From: Dimorphilus gyrociliatus
Taxonomy: Eukaryota; Animalia; Annelida
Assembly (NCBI GenBank): GCA_904063045.1
Contig: CAJFCJ010000001.1
Location: 1,550,001 to 1,614,000, forward strand
Reading direction: 5' to 3'
DNA: 64,000 nucleotides
Part shown: positions 13,515 through 26,724 of the stretch, in pieces
Position numbering within the stretch: position 1 is the first letter of the stretch
Layout: every line of letters begins with the position of its first letter
Translations under genes and position numbers: made by a program
Notes under the pieces: generated by a model
Told to the model about the DNA's origin: nothing
Database searches by the model: none
What the model saw: only the letters and a program-made list of their open reading frames with translations

Positions 13515-14385
13515 ATGGATAATACTGAAAAAAAACTAATGAAATTAATACAGGAAACTTTTAAACTATTCGATAAAGAGTACAAAAAAGTATCAAAAAA
13601 TTGTAGTGAGCATAAGGAAACGTTTACAGCTTTAATCGATAGAGCAACACAACTGCAAGCTTTAAATGATGTATACAATTTTTTCTTCAAGTTATACCTT
13701 AATATAATGAAAGAGTTGAAGAGAGTTTTATTTTCAGAAATCCGTTCTATTAGACTCGATTAATAAAGACTTTCCAGATTTAAGATCCAATTTAAAAATA
13801 AAAATTATCAACTCTATTCACATTTTATTAAAGCCTTTAGAGAAATCAATGTAAGTATTATTATTCTAAATCTAACCTCTTCCTTTACGCCTTTGTTATT
13901 TGCATTTTCAGAGAAGAATTATTAAAATCTCAACAAGAATGTCAAAAATCTTTCACAAATGTTTGTAATAGTTATAAAAACGTTAAAACCGAGTTCCTAA
14001 CTACTTCTGATAATTTATGGCCTTCTCCATCTTCTATGATTCGTTCACTTCGACTAATTAATAAGGAATTTTTAAACCTGTAAAGAAGTTTTCTATAAAT
14101 CTTATTCAATTAAAGAGTATTGAAAATATAATTAATATAAATGTAATATTCTTTTAAGCTATTTGGCGAGAAAATTCACTCTAGAAGATTTAATTGTAAA
14201 TTCTGTTGAATCAATGACGAAATTGGAAAATGTATGGTCGAATAACGAGGAATTTGTGAGAATTTGTTCATGTAATTGTTGACTTTCTTTTTTATAAAAA
14301 TAGCAAAACATTCAAGTAACTTTCTTTTTTTATTTTAGATGAAATTTCCTTAGTCAATTTGTTATTAGAAGAGAAATTTTCATGA
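13515..14385 (+). CDS. AIRIM: AFG2-interacting ribosome maturation factor (C1orf109/AIRIM) homolog, 5 exons
   Basis: Spliced product LIDRATQLQAL...DFPDLRSNLKIKII...WPSPSSMIRSL...YLARKFTLEDL...LENVW aligns by eye with human C1orf109 (LSNLAEQLQAA, FPDLKERLRRKQL, SPSVADML, SYLKRKYLLSSI, LPKAW). Confidence 0.7.
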
Positions 14386-14834
14386 GTAAAAGAATTGAAT
14401 TGTCTTCTCAGGAAGAGACGTTGAAAAAGAAGCTAATTAAACTCCTTACAATCTCTATGCAAAATTTATCATGATTGTGAGTTACATTTTTCAACAACCT
14501 CTCACTGTTGAATTACTATTAGCCCTTAACTAAAAGCAGATGCGCAACTCTAAACTAGTTGTAAGAGAATTCAAGCTTGAATACATTTTTTTTCATTTAT
14601 TAGAAAAAATTTGGTAGTAAAAAGTGAACAATTAATAAATTATCTATTTTGGTCATTTACCTATTTGTTTGTCTTTTTTTCATATTAAAAATAACAAAGG
14701 CACTTTTATCATAACTATTCATCTATATAGCCTTCAATTATAATACCTATTCATTATTTCAAAGTCATCTACAGTCAATTCAATTAATTTGGGCTACAAA
14801 AACAACTAAATAAATTAACATTGTGATAAAAAAT

Positions 14835-17122
14835 TTAAGTATAAAATATAATTTCTGGTAATTGTCCATCTTCGACAGATGTCCCATTGTTATTTCCTGC
14901 AGCGTAATTGAAGTTGAATATAATTTTACCACTAGTAGGAGATTCGTATGGTACTTTTCTCAAGCCCTTTGTTCCGTAAAACGAATCTGGACCCTAGAGG
15001 GACATATATATATAAATATATATATATATAGAGCCTTTAATTTTTCTATTGACTATCAAACGAAAGAATTACCTTTAACGTCACGGAGGCTGTATAATTT
15101 GTATTTGGCTGAATTTCAACAGGCTCCTTAAACATTACTCTAAATGTTGAAGGAGAGCCGTCACACTGGTAAGAAGTCTCATTTGTTCCCATTACTTTTC
15201 CCGATTCCGTTTGAATTATTTGTATTATAGAGTTATACTCAATAGGGCCATGAATACTTCCATACAAACCGAAACCGACAACAAATATTCTACGATTCAC
15301 TGTAAATCTGCAAATTATTTAAATAGATACAATCAGAAAACTGCCTTCTGTTAGAAATTTGATTTTAAACAGGGATAAAACTACGAAAAACTTTAATGTT
15401 ACCTTATTCTATCGCTTGTTCCTGAATAGCCCCAGCGACTCTCAATTTGAGAGAATCTGTTGATAACTTGCTCTTTTCCCGTTAGACAACATCTGGGTAT
15501 ATCCAGGAAGCGAACTTGAGGTTTCGGATTAACGGTAAAGTGTAGAAACAATTCAACTACTTCCCTATCAGTTAAAATACCCGATTGCGCTGGACCAATA
15601 GCAAACTCTTCAACAGTCATCAACGGGAATCTAATTAAAGACAAAGCCTCTCCTAAAACGTTTCTACAATTCGTTCCATTTACGGGTAACGATTTTCTCC
15701 TACACTCTGATTCTGCCCATCTGGAAACAGCTATCCAAAGCCGACTTTCTCGGATACCTTCACAAAAAAGGCTGGTAATTTATGAATTGAAGTAAACAAA
15801 TTTCTAACCCAAAGTATCTCTTTGTAAAACTGCCCCTAAAGTTGAAACGTCTATTTCGGTGAAGCCATCAGCATTTAAAGCTTCATTCGTATTCTTATCT
15901 ATCGTTTCAAAACACATAGCTGCCAATTGAGGCTCGTCAAAAAGCCTAGCTTGAGTTAATAGCATAAAAGCATTATCGCTCGATAGATTTCTCTTCAAGA
16001 ATTCAACACACGCCTGCTCTAAAGCAGGAACTGCATATTTTTTGGCTGTATATAATATAATCATAACGTTTTCTGGATCAATTTGAACTTCATCTGTATA
16101 AAGGAACTGTAAAAAAAATAAAAACCAACAAAACAAACAAGTCATTTCTTTATAGAGAAATGTTAGCTTTTTTATAAAAATGAATTAAAATAATTGATAA
16201 AATAATTCACTTACTTTAAGTAATGACAAAAACGCTGACGGCTCTATATCTGGCAGTTCGATTTGAACAGAACTATCAGCCATTCCACCATTAAACATAG
16301 CATCAAATACTGCAGAACCAATAGATAATACAAATTTATGAGCGGGAATTCTCTGCGTATTTCCAGGTTTACCAACAACAAAGAAAATATCTGCCATAAG
16401 CTCATTATTAAAAATATATGCCAGTCTTTCCTTAATTGAACATTTTGCTCCCTGCCAATTGTAAGGAATATTCTGATTAGGTAAGACGGAGTTCATAGAA
16501 GCTAGACGGTCCGCCGATAGAGGTTGTATGGTGCTATAAATTTAAATGTTATATATTATTATTTTTTAGCTAGTACAGAGGGAGCAACAGTTGATTTTAA
16601 AGAAAGAAAAGCCTAAGTTAATTAACTTAACAGTAGTTTTATTACTCATAATTTAACGATGAAGAAATAAAGAGGTCATTTTTCAAATTATACAGTATAT
16701 ATTCTAATATTCAAATAATAAATCCTAATATGTTAATATAAAATATTCACGGTTTTTGTCTGTCTATCTATATACTAATATCTAGATATATATACATATA
16801 TTGGGTGATTATTTACTTGTTACCTTATTGGTGGGACTGACGTATTCTCTGGATCAGAAATTGTACTTTCTTGATCTTGATTTTCCTGATCCCCACTGCC
16901 CGTAGGCGTTGCGTTATTTTCTTCTGTTGGCGTTGTCTTATTCGTAACCTTCTTTCTACGGCTCGGTCCTAAAGTTGAACCATAACGATTACAAAATCGG
17001 CTTTGTCTATTTGTAGGCCTATTCATTCTTAGCAGGCTGGAAGAAACCCTTTGTAAATTTGCCGGCGAATCTGTCTCTTCGTCGCCGGCTTCATCTTGTT
17101 CCTGATCATTTTTCGACGCCAT
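14835..17122 (-). CDS. BTBD2: BTB/POZ-BACK-PHR protein, BTBD1/BTBD2 ortholog, about 6 exons
   Basis: [83 protein letters not shown] and last exon [10 protein letters not shown]...[19 protein letters not shown], near-identical to BTBD1/2. Alternative ATG at 17140. Confidence 0.95.
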
Positions 17123-17787
17123 TTTTCGATAGTTAAACATATAATTTTACAACATTTTACGTATATGACTCGGAAGAATCTCCAAAAGAGATGCTTCTAT
17201 AGCCTTCACCCCTAAAATATTCTAAACACCAGATGTCGCTCCTTAGCGGAAGTCAATATACAATAGAGGTTGAAACAAATAGCCAATTGGCAAATGAGTA
17301 GAGTAATTGTACTTAGCAAATCGTTTATTCGAAACTTTTATCTCTAATTATTGACTAACCAGGTTCGGAATATAAAACTTATATTATAGTGGCTTCATAT
17401 TATATTATTATACATGTAGAAGTTCCTAAGTATACAAATTTAAAGTAAAATATCTAAAGTTTATGCAATTGCGTAAGTCTGAAAACATTCCTTTTCTTTC
17501 GTAACCATTTGACACAAAATGCAGTTTCAAAACCATAAAATCAAGGATAAGTATAAATTTGTTAAAAAGTGGAAAATATGGATCAATAGACTAGGAAAAA
17601 GCGCAAAAAAAGTTTAAAAAAAATTATGTATTTTGTATCGGTTATACCATTTACAAAATGTCTGCAAAGAAGGGGAAAATATTGAATTATAAATCACATT
17701 AGTATTCATTTATGCAAAAAATTTTTTGATGAATTATTTCATTATTATTAACTTTCTTATTCTTTGATTTATAGAATTATCTGACAA

Positions 17788-18721
17788 ATGGCAAAACCAA
17801 CTCTTTGCGATGATATGAACTGCGTTCATTATCATATCAATGACCCAATTCCAGCGGGAATATTATCTCATGAAGAAATGAACATTTTTATGATTCTCTT
17901 TCATAAAATACATAGTGCTCTGGAAAAAAATTACACTCAGGAAAGAAATCCAAGTTTTAGAGGGGAACCACGAAAATCTGTGAAAGTTCGAGAAAAAGGG
18001 AGAAAGAGGAATAGCTTCTCAGATTTACAATCTCATACTCCTCAATTCACTGAGGGTATTGATTATATTAAACCAAAGAAAAAGATGGATTGGTCAGCTT
18101 TCGATGAAAACGTGTCTACTAAGGATAATTTTTTCGAACAGGGAATGGTTTTGGAAAAAAAGCCTTATAAACATAAAAGAAATCATTCAAAATCTACTTT
18201 TAGGGATGAGAGAAAAATAGAAGATAATTTATCTCTACGTACCGATTTTATGACGTTAACATCGTGGTCTTTAGTAGAATTACCACACGAGCAATGTGTG
18301 GCGGTTGAAGGATTTATACTGTATATAAATTAGATAGTAGATAGCAATATTTATTAACTAATTCCCTTGTATTTTTCAAGTGATACTGAAGACAAGGTCA
18401 TAAGATCAGAAGCTATAATTAGACGATGTAAGAGAAGTGAAATAGGATATCGATTTGGTTTTGATGATAAATCAGAAACTAATATAATAGAGAGTGCTGG
18501 AGGTGCTTTTTATAAACTTACAGGGCAGATAGATGAAAATGAGACATTAAAAGCTGGTAAAGAAAATTTCTTAAAACCTATTCCTATATTTTTATTTAAT
18601 TAAATCTATTGTCATATCAGGATTCTCGCCAGCTTTGATCGATGCTTTCAAGCGGGGCTTTCCGGTAAATTGGAAAACTCATATTGAAGAACATTTCATA
18701 ATGAGAAAGAAATGGAATTAG
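17788..18721 (+). CDS. SANTA-domain protein (KNL2/MIS18BP1-like), 269 aa; exons 17788-18320, 18381-18556, 18621-18721
   Basis: Spliced C-terminus LTSWSLVEL..CVAVEGFIL..IRSEAIIRR..IESAGGAFYKLTGQID..GFSPALIDAFKRGFPVNWKTHIE matches the SANTA consensus (human M18BP1: W..K..CVEG..HSNVIIER..TISGNVYILKGMID..F.FGFPENWKEHI). Confidence 0.8.
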
Positions 18722-19354
18722 AACATAATAACGAGATTATAAGATTTTTCTATTTTCATATTTAACTTATATGAAGTTGCTATTTTCAAATTGCTACGAT
18801 TATCTATGTTTTTTTTTCCCTCATGCATCTCTTTGATTTAAGCGTTCTTTCCAAATAAAACAGAAAACAAAATTTATCTAATTAAGCAACACTTACCTTC
18901 TTGCCATTCAAACATACAATTTCACAATAGATGTATGCTTTTGTATTTAAGAAACAAAGATTGGCGCTAATTAGCTTTTTATCATTTTATTGTCAATCTA
19001 AATGGTATTTATCTTAACATGAAAATATTCACATTTAGTTTATTAAGAAAGTAATTGCATTAGTAGTTTTTTTTAATAGGAGGATATATTTAACTTTTAA
19101 TTACATAATATACAGTACATGTATATATTGTTTACCATTTTCATCGTATGAATGAAAAATAGTAAATGAATGAACTTAAAAACGGCACAAAACATATAAT
19201 TTTTTAATTCTTATTCAAGTTATTTTAAAGAATTTAAAGAAAACATTATATATTTAAAATTTAGTATGAAAATAATCATTTCCATTTTTTCAAAAATTTT
19301 AGATATATAAACCATCAGTAATCAGTAAATATTTAAAATGTCGGTTACCTCTAG

Positions 19355-19546
19355 TTTTTGGCGGCCATTTTTATTTTTCGGTCCAACATAACGCCTAAAA
19401 AAGTAATCCGGTAAAAAAAATACAAATTCAGCCAATCAGCAATCAACTAGGACTGTTAAATTTACGCGGACTGGTTACGCGACCGTTTTGTAGTTTTTTG
19501 AATTTATTATCGTAAATATTTGCATCTTAGATTGTTCCGATGAAGG
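19355..19546 (+). promoter_or_regulatory. Cell-cycle-type promoter and first non-coding exon of CENP-F
   Basis: TTTTGGCGG (E2F-like, 19356-19364), CGGCCATTTT (YY1-like), AGCCAATCAG (NF-Y, 19432-19436), CG-rich TTTACGCGG, TTTGAA (CHR, 19497-19502), then donor aag|gtaaga at 19546. Confidence 0.5.
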
Positions 19547-19883
19547 TAAGAAATTGATTTATTATCGATTAATTTAAGTAATAATTTTTACAATCTCTTC
19601 CTTGTAATTAATCTTCATTAACATCTTCTAATAGCTTACAATTGCGTCTCTTGTTTATTGTGTGATACACAAGAGACTATTATAGTTAAATGATAAAAAT
19701 TTCTTTGTTAGCTTCTTAAATTACACCAAGTTTCTAGAACTTTTTGAGTTTATATACATTCTTTATAATGATTCCCATCTTAACAGTTGTGTTTTAATTG
19801 TTTTCATAACGTTTGCTAGATATAACTCTAAGGCTAACCAAAGCAAATCACAATAAGGGCGATAAAGAATCAATATATTCAAA

Positions 19884-22800
19884 ATGAGTTGGAAAAACGA
19901 AGAATGGAAAAGTGATTTACCTAACAAAGCTGTAGTCGAAATTGAGAAATTAGAAAAGCTGCTATCTTGCACCCAAAATGATTTAAAACAAAGGACATTG
20001 AAGTGCGAGACTCTACAACAATGTATTGATAAAGAAAAAAAGAAAACTGAAGATGCTAAAAATGAATTATCATATCTTAACCGTAACTCAGATCATTTTG
20101 CAAACTTGTGTAAAGAATCAGAATCGAAAAGGGTAAAACTTGAACATGAAATTCAAGCCAGAGATAATAAAATTAACTGTCTGGAATGCGATATTTCAAA
20201 AAGGGGTCAAAAAATTAATGATCTCGAATTAAAACTTAAATCTTTTGAAGGAGAAATTCGAAGAGTTCATAATTCAGCACCGTCCAGAAGCGATTTGGAA
20301 GAGAGTTCTTTAAGAATTCACAATTTGACTGCCGAGTTAGCCGTCGAGAAGGAAAAACGCTTAGACACAGAAAAGAAATTACAAGAGCTAGAAGATTTAG
20401 CGGGAAAAGATGTTGTTACACTTCGACAAAGAACCGAAGCTCTCGAAAAAGAGAGATCTACTCTTTTACTGAAACTTGACAACCAGAACATGGTACTTTC
20501 TTCATCCAAAAATAAAAAGGAACAAGAACAAAATGACGAAATTAAAACTCTTAAGGAACGATTACAAAGCACCGAAAGGGAAAGAGCAAACATGGAAAAG
20601 TTGTATAAAAATATTCAGATATCTTTTTTCAACTTGGAGCAAGTCAAGGCGAAGCTAGAAGGAGAAATGTCTAAAAATGATGCTCAACTCAAGAGAAAGA
20701 AGGACGAGTTAGAAAAAGCGATAAAAGGTTTGGAAGAACTTCAAAGACAACTTGGAAAGTTACGAGGAGAGAAAGAGATGATTAGAAATGATTTCACTAA
20801 AGCTGAACAACAAAATCAGGATTTAAGGGATAGAATGAAAAAGCTACTCGACGAATCTTCATGCCAGAAGCAAAATATTGACTCGGTTAAATTATCTTTA
20901 GAAAATAGGTTGAAAGAAAAAGAAAAAGATCTAGAGTTAGAGAGAAAAGAGATAATGGAAGTTCGTAGAACTGCTCAATCAACTATCGATGATCTTCGAG
21001 CAAAAATAGCTGATAATACTAAGGCGGTATGTCCTTTCAACATGAATTTTTTTTTGTACCTCAGTTGAATAATGCTCATAGTAATCAATGTAGATTGAAC
21101 TATACCGTACTCATTACTGATTTAGTTGTTCGATTAAGAATTATTAAATCTTTAATTGTTTTTATATTTTATATTCTTGGTTGTTTTTACCTAATATTTT
21201 GATTTTATTCAAGGCTACTGAAAAACAGAGAGAGCTAGAACTGGAATTAGATAGTTTTCGCTCTAAATATACAAGAATAACGGATTGTGCAAGTGACTAC
21301 GAAGTAAAAGTAAAGAATTTATCTGAATACAACCAGATACTGAAAGATAAAATAGAAAGCCTGAAAATGGAAAATGATACATTAACGGTTTGTGTCTAAA
21401 TTCTATGCTCATAGAAATGTATATAATTATAATTTATTTCGTTATCAATTTTAGGAAAAATCGAAAATGGCGGACACGAAAATTGAAGGCGAAATGCATC
21501 ATTTGGAGAGAAATATAGAGGAAATCAAAAGAGAGAATGAGAAAAAAGATTTCACAATCTCAGCCTTAGAAAGGCAGCTGAATACTGCTACGTCTAATAC
21601 ATCTGACTTAAAAAAACAGCTTGCTGAACTGGAATCAAATTATAGAAGTAAAAGTGAAGACTATGAGAAGATTGAGGTAAATCTGAAGGAAGCTAAAAAT
21701 ATGAGTCTTAAAAATGAGAATCATGTAACGAGTCTCGAACGAAAAATTACCAAGTTAGAAAAGGAAAGAGATGAGAAAAAGTTAGAGGTAGAGAAGTGTT
21801 CAAACGATTATTACTCTCAGAGATCTGAACTTGCCTCTCTCAGAAGTCAAATTCAAAAGAAAGATGATGAAATTGAATGTATTCAAAATCAATTGTCACA
21901 AGCAAAGGGGAAACTCAAAGTGATCGAAGAGCAGAGAACAGATTATGAAAAAGAGCGTACTCGTCTATTAACAGAAAACGAGAAAAATGATTCTCTTGTA
22001 CATAAATTGACAGAAGAGTTGAACAACGAGAAGACAGCTGTTCAAAATCAGAGAACAAGTCTGAAAAGGCAACAAGAATCCTACGATCAATTAACCAAAA
22101 AGTATAATGATATCTGTAAATTAAGCGATGAAAGAGGGAAAGAGTTAACTGCTCAACGCGATACTGCCTCCGCTAATGAACGCCACTACGATAATATAAC
22201 ATCTCGATTAAATGCTGCCGAAAATGAAAATACGAAACTAACAGCATCAATAAAGTACACTTTTCTTTTTGTAAAACATATTTTAAGTCTATTATTTTAA
22301 CTTTTAATTATATTTTTCATAGCGAATTGAGAGCGCAGCTGGAGGAATATCGAAAGAATTTATCTTCGGAAAGAGAACTTCGTCTTAGCGCCGAGCAAAA
22401 GAATGCTGAATTAACTAATGAGCATAAGACTAACGAGACTAACGTTGAAAGTAAAGCATATCTTTATTTCTCTTTATTTTATTATCTATTAATCGCTGAT
22501 AAATAATATTTTTAGATATTATTTTACGTTCAAAAGCCAAGCTTGAGAGTATGGAAAAAGAGAATATTAATTTGAAAAATGATTATCAAAACATCGAAAA
22601 GCAGCTTAACGAAACCGACGAAAAACTTCAGGAGTTGTCGAAGAAATACAAAGATAATGAAGATGAGAAGAATTATTTAGTAGAAAGAGTAAATAAACTC
22701 ACTTCAGATTACGAATTAATGAGCAAATCGAAAAATGAACTCGAAGAAGAAATGGATAAATTGAAAATCGATATGGAGGAAAAGTGCAATTCAAGCCGAA

Positions 22801-25800
22801 AATTAGAAGCAGATTTAGCAAACAAAAATCAACAGATGATAGATATATTGGCTAAGTTTGAAAAGAATTCTACATCTGATAAAGACGAAATAAAAGATAT
22901 GATGTCCGAAAATGATCGCTTGAACGCCTGCGTAGAAGAATTAAAGAAGGAAAATAAATTGTTAAATGCACGTTTGGAAGGTAATACAAGGAATCTTGAA
23001 AACTACTTAGAGAAGATGAACTCTGAGAAAGATAAATTTCAGGAAATTGAATCGAAATTATTAAATAAAGATGAAGAATTAATCGCAATTACTGACCAAC
23101 TACAAACTACTGAAGAGAAATTGAAACAAGTCAAAGCCGATTTCGAGATTGTCAGTGAACGTAATAAGGATTTAATTTCAAAAATTGAATGTAATCCTTT
23201 TGAAAATGAAGTAAAAATGTTAAACAACGAAAAAGATAAGCTAATTGCCGATTTACAAACTAAGGATCACGAATTAGAGAGTTCTGTTGTAACTCTATCA
23301 GAAATAAAAAATCAACTTTTGAATCTGAAAGAAATTCAAATTAAGTTAGAGTCTGACCTCCAAAGAAGCAATAACGAAAATGAAGAATTAAATACGAATT
23401 ATACAAAGTTGAATTCTGAATACCAATCCATTAACGAAGAATTAACAAAATCTAAGAAGCAGAATATTGAATTGAACGAATTGATTTCCTGCGCAATTAA
23501 AGAAAAGGATGTTAATATTAATTCAAAAGAAAAAGAATTGGAAGAAGTAAAGAACGAAAAAGAAAAATTACACGTTGAATTGGAAAATTTCGCTATAAAA
23601 TTAAAGGAAACGGAGAACAAACTTAATGAATCGAGTAATAAATTAACGACATTGGAGCAGAGTTTTTCTGAAAAACAAAAGGAATTAGATAACGAAAGAC
23701 AAAAGAGTAAAGATCAAAGTGAACATTTATTACAGTTGGAAGAAAATACGAAGGAATTAGAGAAGAAATTATCCGATTCGAATCAGCAATTGGAAAAGTT
23801 GGTTCACAATGAAACTGTTGATTGCAATTTGAAAGAAAAAGTTGAGGAAAAATTCGAAATGGAAAAAGCCGAACTTATTTCCCAGTTAGATCAATGTCAT
23901 AAAAAACTCGCTGAACAGTTAACTTCTCTAGATGAACGTGACCAGGAAAAACTTCGTCTAGATTCTCTTGTCTCCGCTCATGAAGCTAGAGTAGGAAATT
24001 TAACGGCTAAATTAAAGATATTCGAAGAAAAGAACATGACAATGAGAGAAAAATTGTCGAAGGCAAATTTCAATCTTGACCTAATGCAAGGTAATTCAGA
24101 GGAAACCATTAAAGAGAACGAGGAACTTCAAACTAAACTCGAGAATTTACAGCAATCTTTAAATAATTCTCAAAGAACGTTAGACGAGAAAACTAAAGCT
24201 TTGAAAGACATGGAACAATTACAAGAAAAGACTCAAAAGTTATCTTCCGACTACAATTCGATGTCGGCAGAAAATAAAAATTTGACTGAACAATTAAACA
24301 ATCTACGAGCTAAATATGATGATATAACGAAGAAATGTTCACAGTTTGAAAGTTCATCTGCTGAGGAGAAGACATCACTATTGACCTTAAATACGGAAAT
24401 TAAAAAAGCAGAAGATGTAAGGTCAAATTTAGAATTTTCTTTAGGGGAAAAGGAAAAGATTATTGAGACTTTGAAAAAGAAGTTAGAGTATATCGCAAAC
24501 GAAAAATCGTCTGAAGAGATGAAAGTAAAAACTCTGGAGGGTGAAATTTTGGATATTAAACAAAAATTGGAAAATGCTTTGGAAGAAATCTTTGTTCTTA
24601 AGGCCGACAGCGATAAGAAGTTCGATGAAGAAAAGGAAAAATTACAAGAATTGTGCAATAATAAGACAGAAATAATTAACCAATTAAAAACTGACATTGA
24701 TTATTATTCGTCTAAATTCATTAGGTCTGAGAAAGACGTCGAACAATTGAACAGCCAATTATCACACTCTCAGACGGAGTTGGCCACATATAAGGAAAAA
24801 CTCGACGAAATGAAAGCTAAATTGTCTGATGAAAAGTTTGAAAATGAAACTATTGTTGCTGAACACGAGAGTACTATTAAGAAATTCGAGCGGCAATTAG
24901 ACGAACTAAGGGAAAACAACTCCCAATTACAAATATCTGTTGAAGAAATAAATTCAAAATATTACGAGCTTAAAGATCAGTCCAGTAGTAAAGGTAACCT
25001 CTCATCTGATGACTATACACGACTCACAGAGAGTATGGAAGAAAAATGTAAAGAAGTAACAGAAATGGAAAAACAATGTAAATATTTAGAGGAAGAAAAT
25101 GATAAACTCAAATCAGAATTGTCAAAGATTGAGGAAAGTTTAAAGTCTGCCATTTCCGAGAAGAAGAAATTAGCGGCAAAAGTGAAAGCTAGCTCGAAAA
25201 AGGATATAGAAAAGAATGTATTCGAGCAGGTGATGAATAGTAAGGAAGTTGAAAATTTAAGAACATTAGTGAATGAAGCTGCTACCGAAAGAAGTCGTTT
25301 AGTACAGAAAAATACAGATTTAGAACAATTGAATTATCAATTGGAAGAAAGTCTGAAAGAAGCTACCGAGAAAAATAGTCAATTGGAGTTGACAATTAAA
25401 TCTCTTGAAGAAAGAAGCGACTCTTCTTCCGATAATTCATTATCCGATAAAGATTGTATAATTATAGGAACCGAGAATATGAAAGAACCAACTGAACGAT
25501 TGGGATCAAGTAAAACTACGCCAACATTTACAAAGGAAAAGAGTTCCTCTAAGAATTTAGAAATGTTACAGAATTTAAAAATGAAAGTGAATTCTCGCGA
25601 AGAAAAAATTAAGGCTCTTAAAAGTAGTACAGCAACTGCAATTGAACAAAAAGATGGAAGCGAAGTTAAAAAGTTACAATCTTATTTAGAAAGAGCAATG
25701 GACGATTTAAAAGAAACGAGAGAAGAATATCAAAAGAAAATTGAGAGTTTTAGAACAATGCAAAAAGATCTCGAAGAGAAATACGCCGCCGATAAACGAA

Positions 25801-26724
25801 GAAGTATAGACGATAATCGAAGGACATTTAAAGAATTGGTTAAAACTCAAAAGGAGAGAGATGAACTTCGAAGAAAGCTGGGTTTTTCTTCTTCTTCTTC
25901 TTCTCATAGATTAGCTGAAGTACAATCGTCATCAAGTACAAATCGGCGGTCTCCTCGATTGGCCAATAGAGCTGTTGATGAGGTTGCGCACACTTTACTT
26001 AAATCAACGCCAGAAAGAATATTATCAAAAAGAAAAGTTGCCGTAGAGGAATCGAATATACACATGTCTCCAACCAAAACACTATCGCCTATATCAAAAG
26101 CAGTCAGGACACCGCTCGGTGACGTCAGGGAATACGATAATGGAAAATTAAATAAGCGTTTGAAAATTAATGAAGAAGAGGTATATAATATTATTTAATT
26201 TACATATCAGATAACTGTTTAATTGGAAGATTGATTGATTGATTAATCATTTCTTTTAGAGATAGATTTTAAAATTTGTTTCTTATTAATTTTCTATTTA
26301 AAGACTAAAACAACGTTATAACATTTTTTTTTAGATTGTTCAAGTTTCTTTTGGTACGTTGATGTTTAGTTTTTATGACTGGAGCTAATATTTTTTTATT
26401 GGGAATGAAAAAAACAAAACAAACAAACAAAAAAGCCTTACCAAATCAGATCATCTTACCTATAATCCTCCTAATTCTTACATTTAAATAGTTATTTTTA
26501 TTTAAAATTTGCTTGAAGATAAAATCATAATATCATTCCTAATGAATAGCAAAAAAAAAATTTCACATAGCTTTTTGTATTCTTTATATTAAATGTTCGA
26601 AAAATATACTAAAAGTTATTAATTTTTGTATTTTCAGATGTTGAACATCATCGAAACTCCCAGTGTTCCGAAGAAGAAAATTGTCGCGACTATTCCTAGT
26701 GAGAACGAATGCACCTCACAATAA
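19884..26724 (+). CDS. CENPF: Centromere protein F ortholog, about 1998 aa; exons 19884-21026, 21214-21387, 21455-22254, 22323-22450, 22516-26180, 26638-26724
   Basis: N-terminus MSWKNEEWKSDLPNKAVVEIEKLE matches the CENP-F N-domain (human MSWALEEWKEGLPTRALQKIQELE). Long coiled coil. The final exon ends SENECTSQ*, a CaaX box (human SENCKVQ*). All junctions are phase-consistent. Confidence 0.88.

Noticed and set aside
15758-15808. 51-nt BTBD2 intron with an AAG acceptor
   Set aside because: Unusual but still GT-AG, and it restores the conserved DTLGIRE sequence; ordinary for a compact genome.
18429-18476. GTAAG...CAG 48-nt mini-intron that would remove the SANTA insertion
   Set aside because: Removing it creates an in-frame TAA (and the alternative acceptor gives TAG), so the segment is most likely coding.
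20318-25907. Several minus-strand ORFs (20318-20593, 22870-23088, 23399-23620, 24251-24697, 25707-25907)
   Set aside because: F/S/L-rich antisense shadows of the E/K-rich CENP-F coiled coil.
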